Below, in pieces: positions 25,349 to 37,100 of a DNA stretch of 64,000 nucleotides. The stretch's first letter is position 1, and the number at the start of each line of letters is the position of its first letter. Origin of the DNA: Strigamia acuminata (taxonomy: Eukaryota); assembly GCA_949358305.1 (NCBI GenBank), contig OX442314.1, positions 32,488,001-32,552,000 of the forward strand, in the 5' to 3' direction. The position numbers were made by a program, and so were the translations under genes. The notes beneath the pieces are model-generated. The model saw nothing but the letters and a program-made list of their open reading frames with translations. It searched no databases and had not been told where the DNA came from.

Positions 25349-26840
25349 ACTTTTAATAAAGCAACATATTTTGACTGTATTGGGTAGTTTCTACCCACAT
25401 TTAGAAACTGCTTTTGCACATATGAACAGAAACATTACACGGATGCTTCACAACATTGCTACTTGAGTGACATTTTTACATTTTTAGATCTAGAGTCAGA
25501 CCTGTTAGAAATTAAAATTTTGTTTGGTTACCGGCCAATAAAATATATTGTACTCCCCTAATCTGTGTTCTCGGAGCTCATTTCTACTGAATCGGTTAGG
25601 CCGATTTAGTTCACGAAAGAATGAAGAAAATTCTCGATTTCAGTTGGAGAAACCTACATGGACCAAGATGACGCTAAAACCAGCATTAAACTATGAGACT
25701 ATCAAAAGTTCTAGTACGTGAGAAGAGTAACCGAAAAAAGGAAATTAGTTTTTGTACTTTCTTTTATTCTACAGTTTTCGTATGGCGAGAAATAAACTTG
25801 AAAAAATACTTGAATGTGATTGTGAAGCGTGTTTATCGGAGTTTAGTTATTTCTTCGTCAGATGGCGATACTCGGTTGAACCACACGACAACATGGATGC
25901 AGCGAGATCGAGATCGACGAGTTCAACTTTGGCGGAAACAGTAAACATTGTTCAAAGAAACTCGATCAAACATTCCCTTATGTGATGAAATATTCCGTTT
26001 TTCAGATTGACTGAACTGCGTATAATACACTTCAAATCTCACGTGGTATTCAACCGAAGGAAGGGTCAAAACTCGGTCGACTGAAATGACGTGTTAAAAT
26101 GCACGAAGCTGAACTTGTGCTGATTGCTCGGGTAAGCAACAAAATTGATACGAAATCATACATTATTCACAAATTTCAGAGTTTGGTCGTTTTTAATGAC
26201 CAATGAAAATCAGAGCTGGTCAAGCTGGATTTAAGTATTGCCAGGCCGAATGCTGCGACAAATGTGGGGCCTTTACCTCTCGTGAATAAGTATAGTGTAT
26301 CGAATTACACAGAAACTTGAGATGATTTTGAGAACTGCATACCGATTTTTCTGTGGGTTTCCAATATGATTCTTTTGCTGCTTTCATTTTCTTCCTCGTC
26401 TCGATTAGACGTGATTAGAGACGGGGATTGTGACGAGACAAACTCAATTCTTCAATGTGTGTCACCACATATGGCGCACGTAGCACGCACTAACAACTGA
26501 AACTTTGACGCGCCTATTATCCCACGTAAAATGAAAATGAACATTTGTTTAAATAAATAACATGCCAAGCAAGAATAAAAAGTACACAAAATCCACCCCT
26601 CGCTGGGTCCTTTAATAAAAAGAAGAAAACGTCAATACATTTCCACTCCTCCTGGTTTAAGTAAGAAATTTTCTGCCTGCATCTTCCGGTTGTAATTTCA
26701 AAGGCATATATCTCCAATTGCTTCGACGTGTTAGTCAACCACCTTGTAACCACTGCTTTGCAAACCGCTGGATTTAAGGATTGCCAGGTTGTATGCTTTT
26801 GAGTCAAACTCAATTCCATCTAACATCAGTTGAGTACTCG

Positions 26841-28058
26841 TGTGACGATGACGGCTCGAGATAGGAATTATTAACAATTACTGGTGCTGAAACACTGTAT
26901 GTGAGATATGGTCTCGCTCAAATTGGTTCCCGTGGTTCTATTTGGTGCAATGGAATTAATTAACAAATATTATCCGGGATATGTGGTTGTCTTTTATTGC
27001 ATCGTCACAACTTTGGGAGATCATTGGTTTAAATATCTGCTAGCAGATATTTACCAATTGATCAGTTTATAATTAGCGAAATAATTATAAAGTAAGTTGG
27101 AAAGTGGAAAATGTCACATTTATAAATAATCAACTCATAGCTTGTACACAAGTATGGTTGAAATTATTTTCTTGGGGTTCCTGGTCTGGTTGTTTACAAA
27201 CTTATAACTCGTTTTCAAGTTATAGCTTGTAAGAGAGAATAGACCTCGAGTGCGCGCATCGGATTCATGCCAAATTTACTAATAAATCTGGCCATGAAAT
27301 GTAGGGATTTGTTTAATTAGATTACTAATAATCTAATTGCCAAATCTGGAAATCTATGAAATAAATATTAAATTAGTAACTGGTGACTTCAATAGCCTAT
27401 AGCTATCAATTGTCCTTACGTGCAACAAACTGTACTAAATACAGCAAAGTGAACTGAAATTCACCAAAGCGGCCCTAAGTTCACCAAATTGTATTGCAAC
27501 AGCAAAACTGAAGCGAAGCGAAGCATAGAAATAGGGCTCAAGTAATATCAGAAATCAGAAAACAAAACAAGAGCTCTGTATTTCCGGTTGCACGGAAATA
27601 TATACTCTTCTTGAAGAATGAGTTGGCCATTGCTCCAATAGGAACACTGGTCACTCACATTTGTCCAATCCTAGGAAATAGGAAGTGGTTAACTGAGACA
27701 TAGTCTTCTTCTAAGTCAGCCCAGGAACTGGATATGGAGGACACATTCGAGATTAAGTCTTTTTTCTTAACTGGAAAAGTGGCTCAAACACTCGGTGGAT
27801 TGGGAAAGGTGACTTAATCCTTTGACAAGTTTAAGTTATAATTTGTCTAGAATCATAACAGAACTGGTTAAATAGTCACACAAATATATTATATTAATCT
27901 ATATAATATAATGTTTGGAGACAGGGGAAATTATATAAAACCTTGATTTTATATAATTAACACATGAATGATGTACAAATTCGAATTTACCGCTAAAAGG
28001 ATAAATCGCGCTATTTATTGGTGAACTTATCTTTTAATATGACGTCGTAACCGTCACA
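26841..28058. mobile_element. Possible LTR-like or TIR-bounded insertion
   Basis: Bounded by TGTGACGATGACG / CGTAACCGTCACA imperfect inverted ends. The flanks CTCG/CTCT match only partly. Lies in sequence absent from the other units. Confidence 0.3.
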
Positions 28059-28597
28059 CTCTTTATCGTCATCAATTATTAAATCTTTGCAACGGATTAC
28101 ATGTCTTTCGGTCGTTGTTTCTCTCTTTCTGAGCTCTCCTTTAATTTTTGTTTTGATTAACTGCTTGAGCGAAATCCTATTGTTGTTCCTCAATTGGCTG
28201 AGTGGTCTTTGCCTTTTTCCGGATCGGGATCACTTGGGCGGATTCCTTCCTTTTGACCCTCTGCTTTTCGACTCATTGTTGATAATTAAACTTTCTGTGA
28301 GCAAATAGCTTGATCGATCAAAGATGAAATTATCTGCTAGTTTCAATTAGCCGGAATTAGTTCAATTAACGAATTAACCCAGGTCAAAGGTGATCTTTTT
28401 TTTTCTAGAACTGTTTGCGAGTGATTATCTCGGTAGCAGGAAACCAAGAAATTGATCGAGTAAATGGAAAACCTGGAATTGATTTGATTTACGGTAAAAC
28501 TCGAAATTTATGTGGTAACAATGACGAAACTGTACATTAATCACTTCCTACAATTAAGACTGTCTTAGTACCTAATAAGCTGAAGGAGAAATGATTA

Positions 28598-31448
28598 TGT
28601 AGAATAGTTTCTGGAGTGTTTTACATTTTGATATTCTATTGATATTGTGTGACGCACGTCAAGCACGTCGTGTTCCCACGACGTGCGAGAGCGCATGTTG
28701 TGCCACCTTTGATTTCTATGCAAATAAACATTCATGCAAATTTCCCTACAACAACCACCTCGTGTCCGACTCCAATCCAAGAATATCCATGCAATCCAAG
28801 TACATCCAGCTTCCATCCAACAATCCGATACATTCCAAAGCACAGAACACACCAAATTGGCGGTGACGAGAGGATTCGAAACCACACTACTTTAAGTTCA
28901 GTAACTTTGTCGTGTTTTTTGTGTGTTTTTTCGACCATTTCCGGCCTTCGACCATGCTGACCACGCTGACCATGCTGTCCACCATGCTGCCCTTCGACTA
29001 TAGTGATGTTCATACTCTTAAATCATTTTTGGGTATGGTAACATACTATGTTTCTTTTGTACCCCACATGGCACATATTGCTGCTCCCTTGTACATCCTT
29101 TTACAGAAGGACGAGCCGTGGAGGTAGACTTTGGTACAACAGGTGGCTTTTGATAAAATTAAAGCCATATTGGTTTCTGCAAATGTGCTAACATTTTATG
29201 ATGTTCACAAGCCACTGAGTCTTGCTTGCAATGCCTCCTCTTATGGGCTGGGAGCAGTCCTTGTTCATCGCATGAATGATGGTTTTGAGCGTCCAATTGC
29301 ATTTGCTTCCAGGACCTTGTCTTCTGCGGAAAGGAACTACTCTCAACTAGACAAGGAAGCAGCAGCCATTATTTTTGGTATAAAACGTTTTCATAGTTAC
29401 TTGTCGGGTCGCAAATTCATCATTAACACCGATCACAAACCCCTGTTGGGCATATTTACCTTGGACAAGCCAATCCCAAATATCATAAGTCCACGTTTGT
29501 TGAGGTGGGCCTTGTTGTTGTCTATCTACGATTACACGTTGATGTATCGACCAGGTGACAAGCTAAGAGAGGCAGATGCCCTCAGTCGGTCACCTTTGCC
29601 GACCAAGGAGTTTGACGTTGAAAGTGATGATGCGGCATACCCAGTGGATCTTCACTTTTTAAGTGCAGCAGATCCGGACCCCTTAACCAGAGTGGATTTG
29701 GTTGAGGGGACTCTAGCGGACCCGCTCCTTCAGCGTTTGCGCCATCTCATTGTTACAACGTGGCCGCCCGCCCGGACTGTGGACATCCCTGCGCCATATT
29801 GGCAGGTGCGTAGAGACATGTCAACTTCACACCAATTGGTGTATTTGAGGGATAGGATAGTCATTCCAATCAATCTCGTCCCTTTGGTGCTGCATCTTTT
29901 ACATGAACACCATATTGGTGTGGTCGGAATGAAGCATCGTGCTCGCGCAATGGTGTGGTGGCCTGGTTTAACTGCGTCAATTGAGCTGCATGTGGCCAAT
30001 TGCATGGCATGCCAGCAAACACGACCACTGTCTCCTCATGCAGCTCCAGTTCCTTGGCCCATACCAATAGCACCATGGGCTAGAGTTCACGCAGACTTTG
30101 CGGGCTCCATCTCAGGCACTATGTTCTTAGTTTTAGTCGATGCTTACTCAGCCTGGGTGGAGGTCATGGCAATGAGAGTGGTGACATCAGCAACGGTAAT
30201 AAAAGCTTTGCGTATTATTTTTGCGACACATGGTTTGCCACACACCTTCGTCACGGATAATGGCCCTCAGTTTGCCTCGGCTGAAATGAAGGTATTTATG
30301 GTCAAAAACTTTATTATTCATTTGTTTTTACCTCCATACAGTGCCCCGTCCAATGGAGCTGCTGAGCGTGCGGTTCGGACAATCAAGGAGCAGCTGGCCA
30401 GAGCGGGGTCAACCAATTGGGATCTTGTGCTGCCTAGGATCTTGCTCACGCAACACGCAACTCCGTCACGGGCTGATGGCTTGTCTCCTTCTGAAAGACT
30501 TTTTAAGCGACAGATTGAAGATGTCTGGCACAGAGCGGTACATCAATGGGCAGAACCACAGCCAGTACCTACCAATCAGGTTGCATTGGCAGCTTCTGTG
30601 TTGCCTGCTTTTAAGTGTCAGGATCAAGTGTGGTATCGCACCTTTTCGAGTGCTGGGCCCAAATGGGCTCTAGCTGCAGTGTCAGACCGTAGGGGTCAAG
30701 TGGTTTATCAGCTGTCCCTCCCCTCAGGTGCATATGTTATCAGGCACGTGAACCATTTATGCAAATATGGGGGGGAGTACGACCACTCACCAACAGCATT
30801 TGGTCAAGTGGATCCACTGGATGGGAATACAAGTCACACAACTGATGTGAAGCAGATCCCCGCGCAACAAAATCAATGCACTTTTGCTCCTTTGGTTCGA
30901 CTTGCCCACCATAATACTCCATTTTGTTTTCCTCCGGTGCACCCCAATGCGTTGCGTGGTTCGCTGATTCCATTCACACTCCCTTCATCATCATCATCAC
31001 CCTCCTCGTCTTCACCTTCACCACCATCATCACCTGCTGTATCAGGGACAACTGGATCATCTCCTCGGTCGCCTGCCGCAACCGGTTCAACTGATGGTGG
31101 AGCAGTTGGTTTGCGTCCCGGTTCAGTCGATCCTGCCGAGCTGACCAGACGTGTAAGAAAACTTGTTAGAACCACACCTGCAGCGGTTCCACCAGTGGGT
31201 GTTGGTCCTACCAGAGTCCAGCCATTTCGTGTAAGAAAGCCACTCGACAGACTCAATTTGTAAAACAACTTAAGGGGGGAGGAATGCTACATCCGACATC
31301 TTTAAGTTTTATAAATCATTATTGTGTAACAATACCCACAGCATAATTACTGTATATTCATATTGCATTGTAAATTGCCAAGGTGAAAACCTTGGCAACT
31401 TTTCTTTTGTCGGGCTAAATAAAGTGAGTCGACTCCTAAATTCTACCA
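28598..31448 (+). mobile_element. Defective Ty3/gypsy (Mag-like) retrotransposon
   Basis: Has an RT-thumb/RNase H/integrase region, a PPT (AAGGGGGGAGGAA, 31272-31284) and a short TG...CA LTR (31285-31448) with AATAAA. The TG-starting LTR-like segment at 28598 does not match that LTR. Gag, PR and the RT core are missing. Confidence 0.7.
29002..31263 (+). pseudogene. Truncated gypsy pol (RT connection-RNase H-integrase)
   Basis: LKSFLGMVTYY, then an in-frame TAG at 29125-29127, then LACNAS (catalytic D>N), [20 protein letters not shown] zinc finger, ADFAG, TDNG and AERAV. Confidence 0.85.
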
Positions 31449-33145
31449 AGTAAAGTCTGCTTTAATCTCATCTCTCTTAATGACAAGAATCAGCCCTATC
31501 CAGGACTGATTCCATATGACATGGAAAATTGTTGAAGTCCCACGGAATGCCAGATGATGTGAGACTTCACAGTTTCCATATAAAAACTTTTGGCACCAAC
31601 GAAGAACAAGGAGTGAAGATTGGGTTGAGTGAATATTTACAGATTTGAAGAGTGTTAGGCGGTCTGATGAATCAAAAATCAATTTATTCAGCCCATAAAA
31701 TGTTATTTGTCAACGTTAGACCTTTTAATTTCAATTTAAAAAGAAATTCCGCACATTTTGCGGGCCACAAATTCGGTTGAGTTTGCTAAAATTGGATGTC
31801 CGGCTTCTCTGCGCGACTCTTTACACGATGTCGTTTAGTGTCGTTTGCAGTGGTATTAAAAAGTGTGCTTTTCCTTTTTATATGGTTTGTTTGGAAAAAT
31901 GAGTAGAAGCGACGGCAGTCTTTACTTTTATTTATTACAGGAAAAATATTTACAAAAACAATCTTGTTTTATTTGTCATTGTGTGCCTGCAAATAAAACT
32001 TTGCACATAAAATCAATACAAATAATTCTTGAATGATTAATATTTTAAGTTGTGAATATGGAGCCGCGTCTGTCTTCTGCTGTACAACTATACTGGAATT
32101 GGGATCCTTTCACGTATCAACGTCATATTCTACGTCATTTCTGCTACAAAGAAAATCGTTGCAGCTGTGTTGTTTTCCTTTTCCAGCGCATAGAAAAAGG
32201 TCAAAAGAAGCACATTTTGTTATTGGACCCGCCTCCAGGCCTCTGGTCAAGACCTTGGACATTCACGACATGTTTGTTGATTGTAGACTCCGCATGCCAA
32301 TTAATTCATAACTTATTAATTTAAATCGAGTTAACTGGGCAACAGTTGCCAAAGCAAATCACCAGCAAATGAATAATTAACATAGTGTGGTCGTGTATTT
32401 TGTATCGTGCATGTTGTGATTAACGACCAGACGTGGACAACTCGGAGAATGAACGTTCTAAGTCTTTCCTTCGTTTGCTTCTTTTCTGGATTCATCGGCA
32501 TTTCAAACAGTAATCTTTTGAGAATTATATAAATTGAAAAATAATCAGGAAATTTAAAGAAATTATGGCAACTAATCAGGGTATGTGTACATATACCTTT
32601 AATTATAGCACGGGAAAACACTTCTTTAGCTAACTTACACTTTGCTGACTACGATGAACTCGATTTTCATTTATCCAAAATTGTACAAATCACAAACACG
32701 AGAAGAATACACATTATTTATTATCAGGATGAATACGGTTATTGAAAATCTCAAATTTTAGTCAGGATTATGTTTTTATTTACTTTCTGTTTTTATTCTA
32801 GTGTTAAACTGTTTGACGAAATTAATCCGTTTTAATTGGATTGGAAAAATTCAAATGTCAGCACAACGATTCAGTAATGCGTCATTAGATTTCGATTATA
32901 CTCCTTTCCAGCTGATTCTCATTTGGATAGAAAGTTTTGAGCAGGTAAAGATCTAATCACCATTCTAGTTATATTTGTCGACCGACTGTCATGAATGTGT
33001 GACTGCTATGGTCTTCTCCATGGCAGCCTGGGGACTGGTTACCGTGATGTGGGGAGCATACTCACTTAAATAAGACAAGGAACTCCAGATTGTTGGGTTC
33101 TTGGCCTTTCTTAGTCTCGTTGTTTAGGGGTTGGATACTCACATC

Positions 33146-34108
33146 TGCTGCGATCCGGGTTTTTATCTACTTAATTTCTAATAAATTAAGCAGAAACCGC
33201 AGGTGAATGCTTAACAAGACTTATATCGCGGCCGAAACTTGTCTAGGGTTAAGTTTATGGAAATAAAGGCACAATTTAATATGGTAATAAAAATCACACA
33301 AATATTTATTCTTTAAATTACAATATATATTAAAAACGATGGAAATATCACAGAATGCGACAAGTCGCAAGAATAAATGAGCGGGAACAATGGAAGGGCT
33401 TGCAACGACTGTTGCAAGCTACAAAGCGTCAGAAATGGCGCTTAAACAACGTGATGTTGTTGAGCGAAGGCAAATGTCTTCGTTTTCGGCAAACTCACGA
33501 ACGATGGTCGAAGACGATGGTTCTCGTGGGTTTCTTCTACGGCTCGTGCGACGGCTCGGCGGCGGTGGTTGACGGCTGTAGGCGTCTGGTCCAGGTACGA
33601 TGGCGATGGTTGCCGTTCGCGCGGCAACGATGGCGATGGTTCACTTGGATCAGGAAACTTCTACTTCTCGATAGCTGGAATTAGCGACGGCTAATTCAAG
33701 CTGAATTGCTGGCTTTGTGCGTTTGATACACAAAGATAGCAGGCGAAACTGAGTTACAACGGTCCTCTATCAATACGTATTGTCGGAGCAAATATCGCAG
33801 TGATGTTGAGGTTGTTGTTGTATTTTTCAGAGTCCTGATTTGAGCCAAGACGCGAGCCCAGCACGCTTCAATATTGCGCAGAAAACCTGCGCACTTAGCT
33901 CAAATGGGTGCAACTAGTGGTTATTACACCATATTGCACCATAACGGCTAATAACCGTTTTCACCCCGGACAACCTGGGGTGATATGTGCCTAGAGAGGA
34001 TTTCTCCCCTCGGTCACATGATCTGACTTGGCGTGTGCCACAGTCAAATTAATTAGAAGACAATTAATTTTATCTTCTAAGTTGGTGAAATATTTTGAGA
34101 TCACCACA
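33146..34108 (-). repeat. Gypsy 3' LTR
   Basis: Direct repeat of 56909-57871 with no differences found by eye. Preceded on the - strand by the PPT AAATGGGGGGATG (34109-34121). Confidence 0.95.
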
Positions 34109-34160
34109 CATCCCCCCATTTAAGACGAATCTTACATGGAGAGAAAATGAACGAACCAAT

Positions 34161-37100
34161 TTATGATTCGTCCATGTTCTGAGTTCGCTCAGGCGTCAAC
34201 GGGCGCATCATATCCGTGGTGTCGTCCCTCGGGTTGGACCGCTCGTTAACCGTACACAGGTCGCGACCTGCGTTTGGTCCGGAGACCATTCCAGGGTTGA
34301 CATGAAGCCAAACCTGGATGATTCTTGCCGAGTTCGCTCGGTTGAAAAATCCTAGCGCCGCAAACTCTATCGGATCCTCTGGCGCTAATCGTGCTCTCAG
34401 GAGTCGATCATGGAGCACCGATGGTGGGCTTAACACCCGAATGTGGTCTTCGAGCCACATAAACACCTGCCTCGACAACTTGTGGTTGTTGCTAAGCAGT
34501 GTTCGCGTATCCGGCGTCAAATAGAAGTGCGGATACAGGCGCATCAGGGTCTTGAAAGCCGACTCCTTCTTCAGCGGCTTGACCTTCGTCTCCGGCTTGG
34601 CTGGCGGCGGCGGCGGCGGTGGACGTGAGTCTTCCGTCGTGGCATCGTCAAAATGGCTCGGCGAGCCCAAGAAAACCAACGCGGGTGCGGAGGTTGACGA
34701 GGGTGTGACGCCTCGTCCCTGCGCTCGACCCACACCGGGGAGCTGACGGGTTTCGACTTCCCGTTGAACTCCGGCGGGAGTTGGAGAACTTCTCGGGTTC
34801 TCTTGCCAAAACGAGCATCCAGCGCCTTCTTGGGCCGACTGAAAAACAGCCAGTGACGCAGCTGCTGTGGCGCTTGTAACTGGAAGCGGTGGTCTTCCGG
34901 CTATTCGCGCCGTGGCCTTCGCAAAGGACCACTCGGTTCGCAACCGAACGGCGGCCTCTTCTTCGGTCTCACCGTTTGCTACGACTTGCTTTATTAGCTC
35001 GGCTAAGATCGTAGGCGGGTCGAGCCTGAGGTGGTACCACAGCTCGACTTTCTTCTCCGACAGGCCCATCGGCGCGGTCCAAAAGTACGTAATGGCCGCT
35101 AACGCCTGTCCTGGCGAAGGAAGAACACCAGGGTACAACACCCTAGTCATCCCCGGAATTAGCTGACGCTGAAAATCCATCAGGCGGGGATCATCAATGG
35201 TATTGATGTCGGAGACTTCTAGCCTTTCAGCTAGTCTCTGCCAGTCCTTCTGCGACTCGGCGATCTGGGCGCTTTGGTATGCGTCCAGCTTCTGGAGCAC
35301 TTCCTGCTGCGCTCTAATGGGTTGCTGCTCGTAGCAGGTCCATTGTGGGCCGAATAACTCACTGAAAAATGGCCGGAGTTGCAGGTTGCTAACTCCAGCC
35401 GGCAAGCGGGAAACATATCCTTGTTCGGGCAAGCGGCTAGCGTGTCTAGGTACAGGCACACTACAGTCGGGAGAAATATCACCGACGACACGTCTCATGG
35501 CGTATGGAGTAGCCGGGTTGTCCACTTTGAACGTGGAGACGGTTCGGCTACTTCGGGCGGACTGGATTGTGGAGTCCGATTCGAAACTCAGCGAAGACGA
35601 CGAGCCAAACGACTCTGGTGTCCGTCCTCGTCGCGACTGCGGGCGTGACGGCTGCACGTCAGTCGAATACGGGCGCGATCGCCTCTGTCGCTCCTCTCGA
35701 TCGCGGCTCGATTCGCGGAACATTGGTCTGACTGGAACCGGCGGAGGGAGTTGCCCCACCCTCAAATCTGAAGAGTTGCAATGGCCTGTGCGCTGTCGAA
35801 ATAACTCGGAAACATCATTTTGGCTGGGCGGATAAATCGGACACGCGTCCGCCATCTTTTATTACAAAAGTATGTGTCTTACATAAAAACCCGGTTCGAG
35901 GCTAATCGCCCTCGATCTCAAACACAATGAAATCATAGAACAAATCATTGTTTCAATACACTGACTTGTTCTTTACAGAAAGACAAAACTAATGGATAAA
36001 ACAAACAGAACAACATAAACAATAAGTGCTCATTTGAGCAGATGACAGGTTGTGTGTGTTGTCACGTAATAGGAGTCGGTTGCGGTACAAAACCAGCATT
36101 GGGATTAAAAATCAGAATCAACCGACTGCGATACGGGACATCAACATGGCAACACACTGATTGCATTTATCCACAATATGCAATCCGATAATCTACGCGG
36201 ATGCGAGGACAAACAGGAAAACGTCAACCTAACAAATCCCCCTTCGTTTAGCTATTTGTCAATTACAAAGATGTATTCGCATAGCGCGTTCAATCTGGAT
36301 TTAGCTAACCACTTCGTCAGAATATCCGCGACATTTAATTCGCCGGAAACATGCTCGATCAAAAACGTTCCTTTCTCAAACCAATCTCTAACGAAATGGA
36401 GCTTCACGTCTATATGTTTATTTGCCCTGTTCTCGATCCTATTCTTACAGTATTGGATAGCCGGCTGGCTATCCGCAAAAACACAGGGCGTATTTCGCTC
36501 GAGACGAAACATTATCTTCGCGTCGTAAAGGCGCTCGAGCCAAATAACTTCTTTCACCCCATCGACCACGGCGAGAAATTCGCTCTCCATGATCGACAGG
36601 GAGGTCATCGATTGTTTGTGGCAATTCCACGAGATGGGAATGCCACCCATATAGACAATATGTCCCCCAAAGCTTCGTCGTCTGTCTTGATCCAGGGCAA
36701 ACGACGCGTCGGTGTAAACTGTCAAATTCTCGTTTTTACAGTTCGATAAGTTAATCGAATAATTCGACGTGGTGGCCAAATATCGCAGGACCTGCAGTAA
36801 CATATTGACATGGCGCGTCGAATGCGTCTCGTTATACTGGGAAAGCACTATTACTGAAAACAGTATGTCGGGTCTGGTTCGGCTGGCGATGAACAACAGA
36901 CTTCCGACCAGAGATCTGTACGGGAATGAGGTGTCGGCTTTTTCCCCGGTTCTTACACCTTGAATCATGGTTCCCGGGGTTACTGGAACCTTTACTCGAT
37001 GGCACGAGTCAATCCCGTACGCTTTACAAAGCTTTTCAATATATTTCCGTTGGTGGATTTTAATCATGCCCCCGGACCTATCAAACTCAATTCCTAAAAG

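Noticed and set aside
33355..33684. 109-aa ORF, repeated at 57118-57447
   Set aside because: Lies inside the gypsy LTR, antisense to the element, with no recognisable motif; the duplication is explained by the LTRs.
34330..34420. Faint BIR-domain-like motif (FAALGFF) in ORF3
   Set aside because: The zinc-binding C/H residues of a BIR domain are absent.
34161..35855. 564-aa ORF as a standalone gene or env
   Set aside because: Its first 29 codons come from the Copia A LTR and the rest is the 3' part of ORF3. No signal peptide or transmembrane anchor seen.
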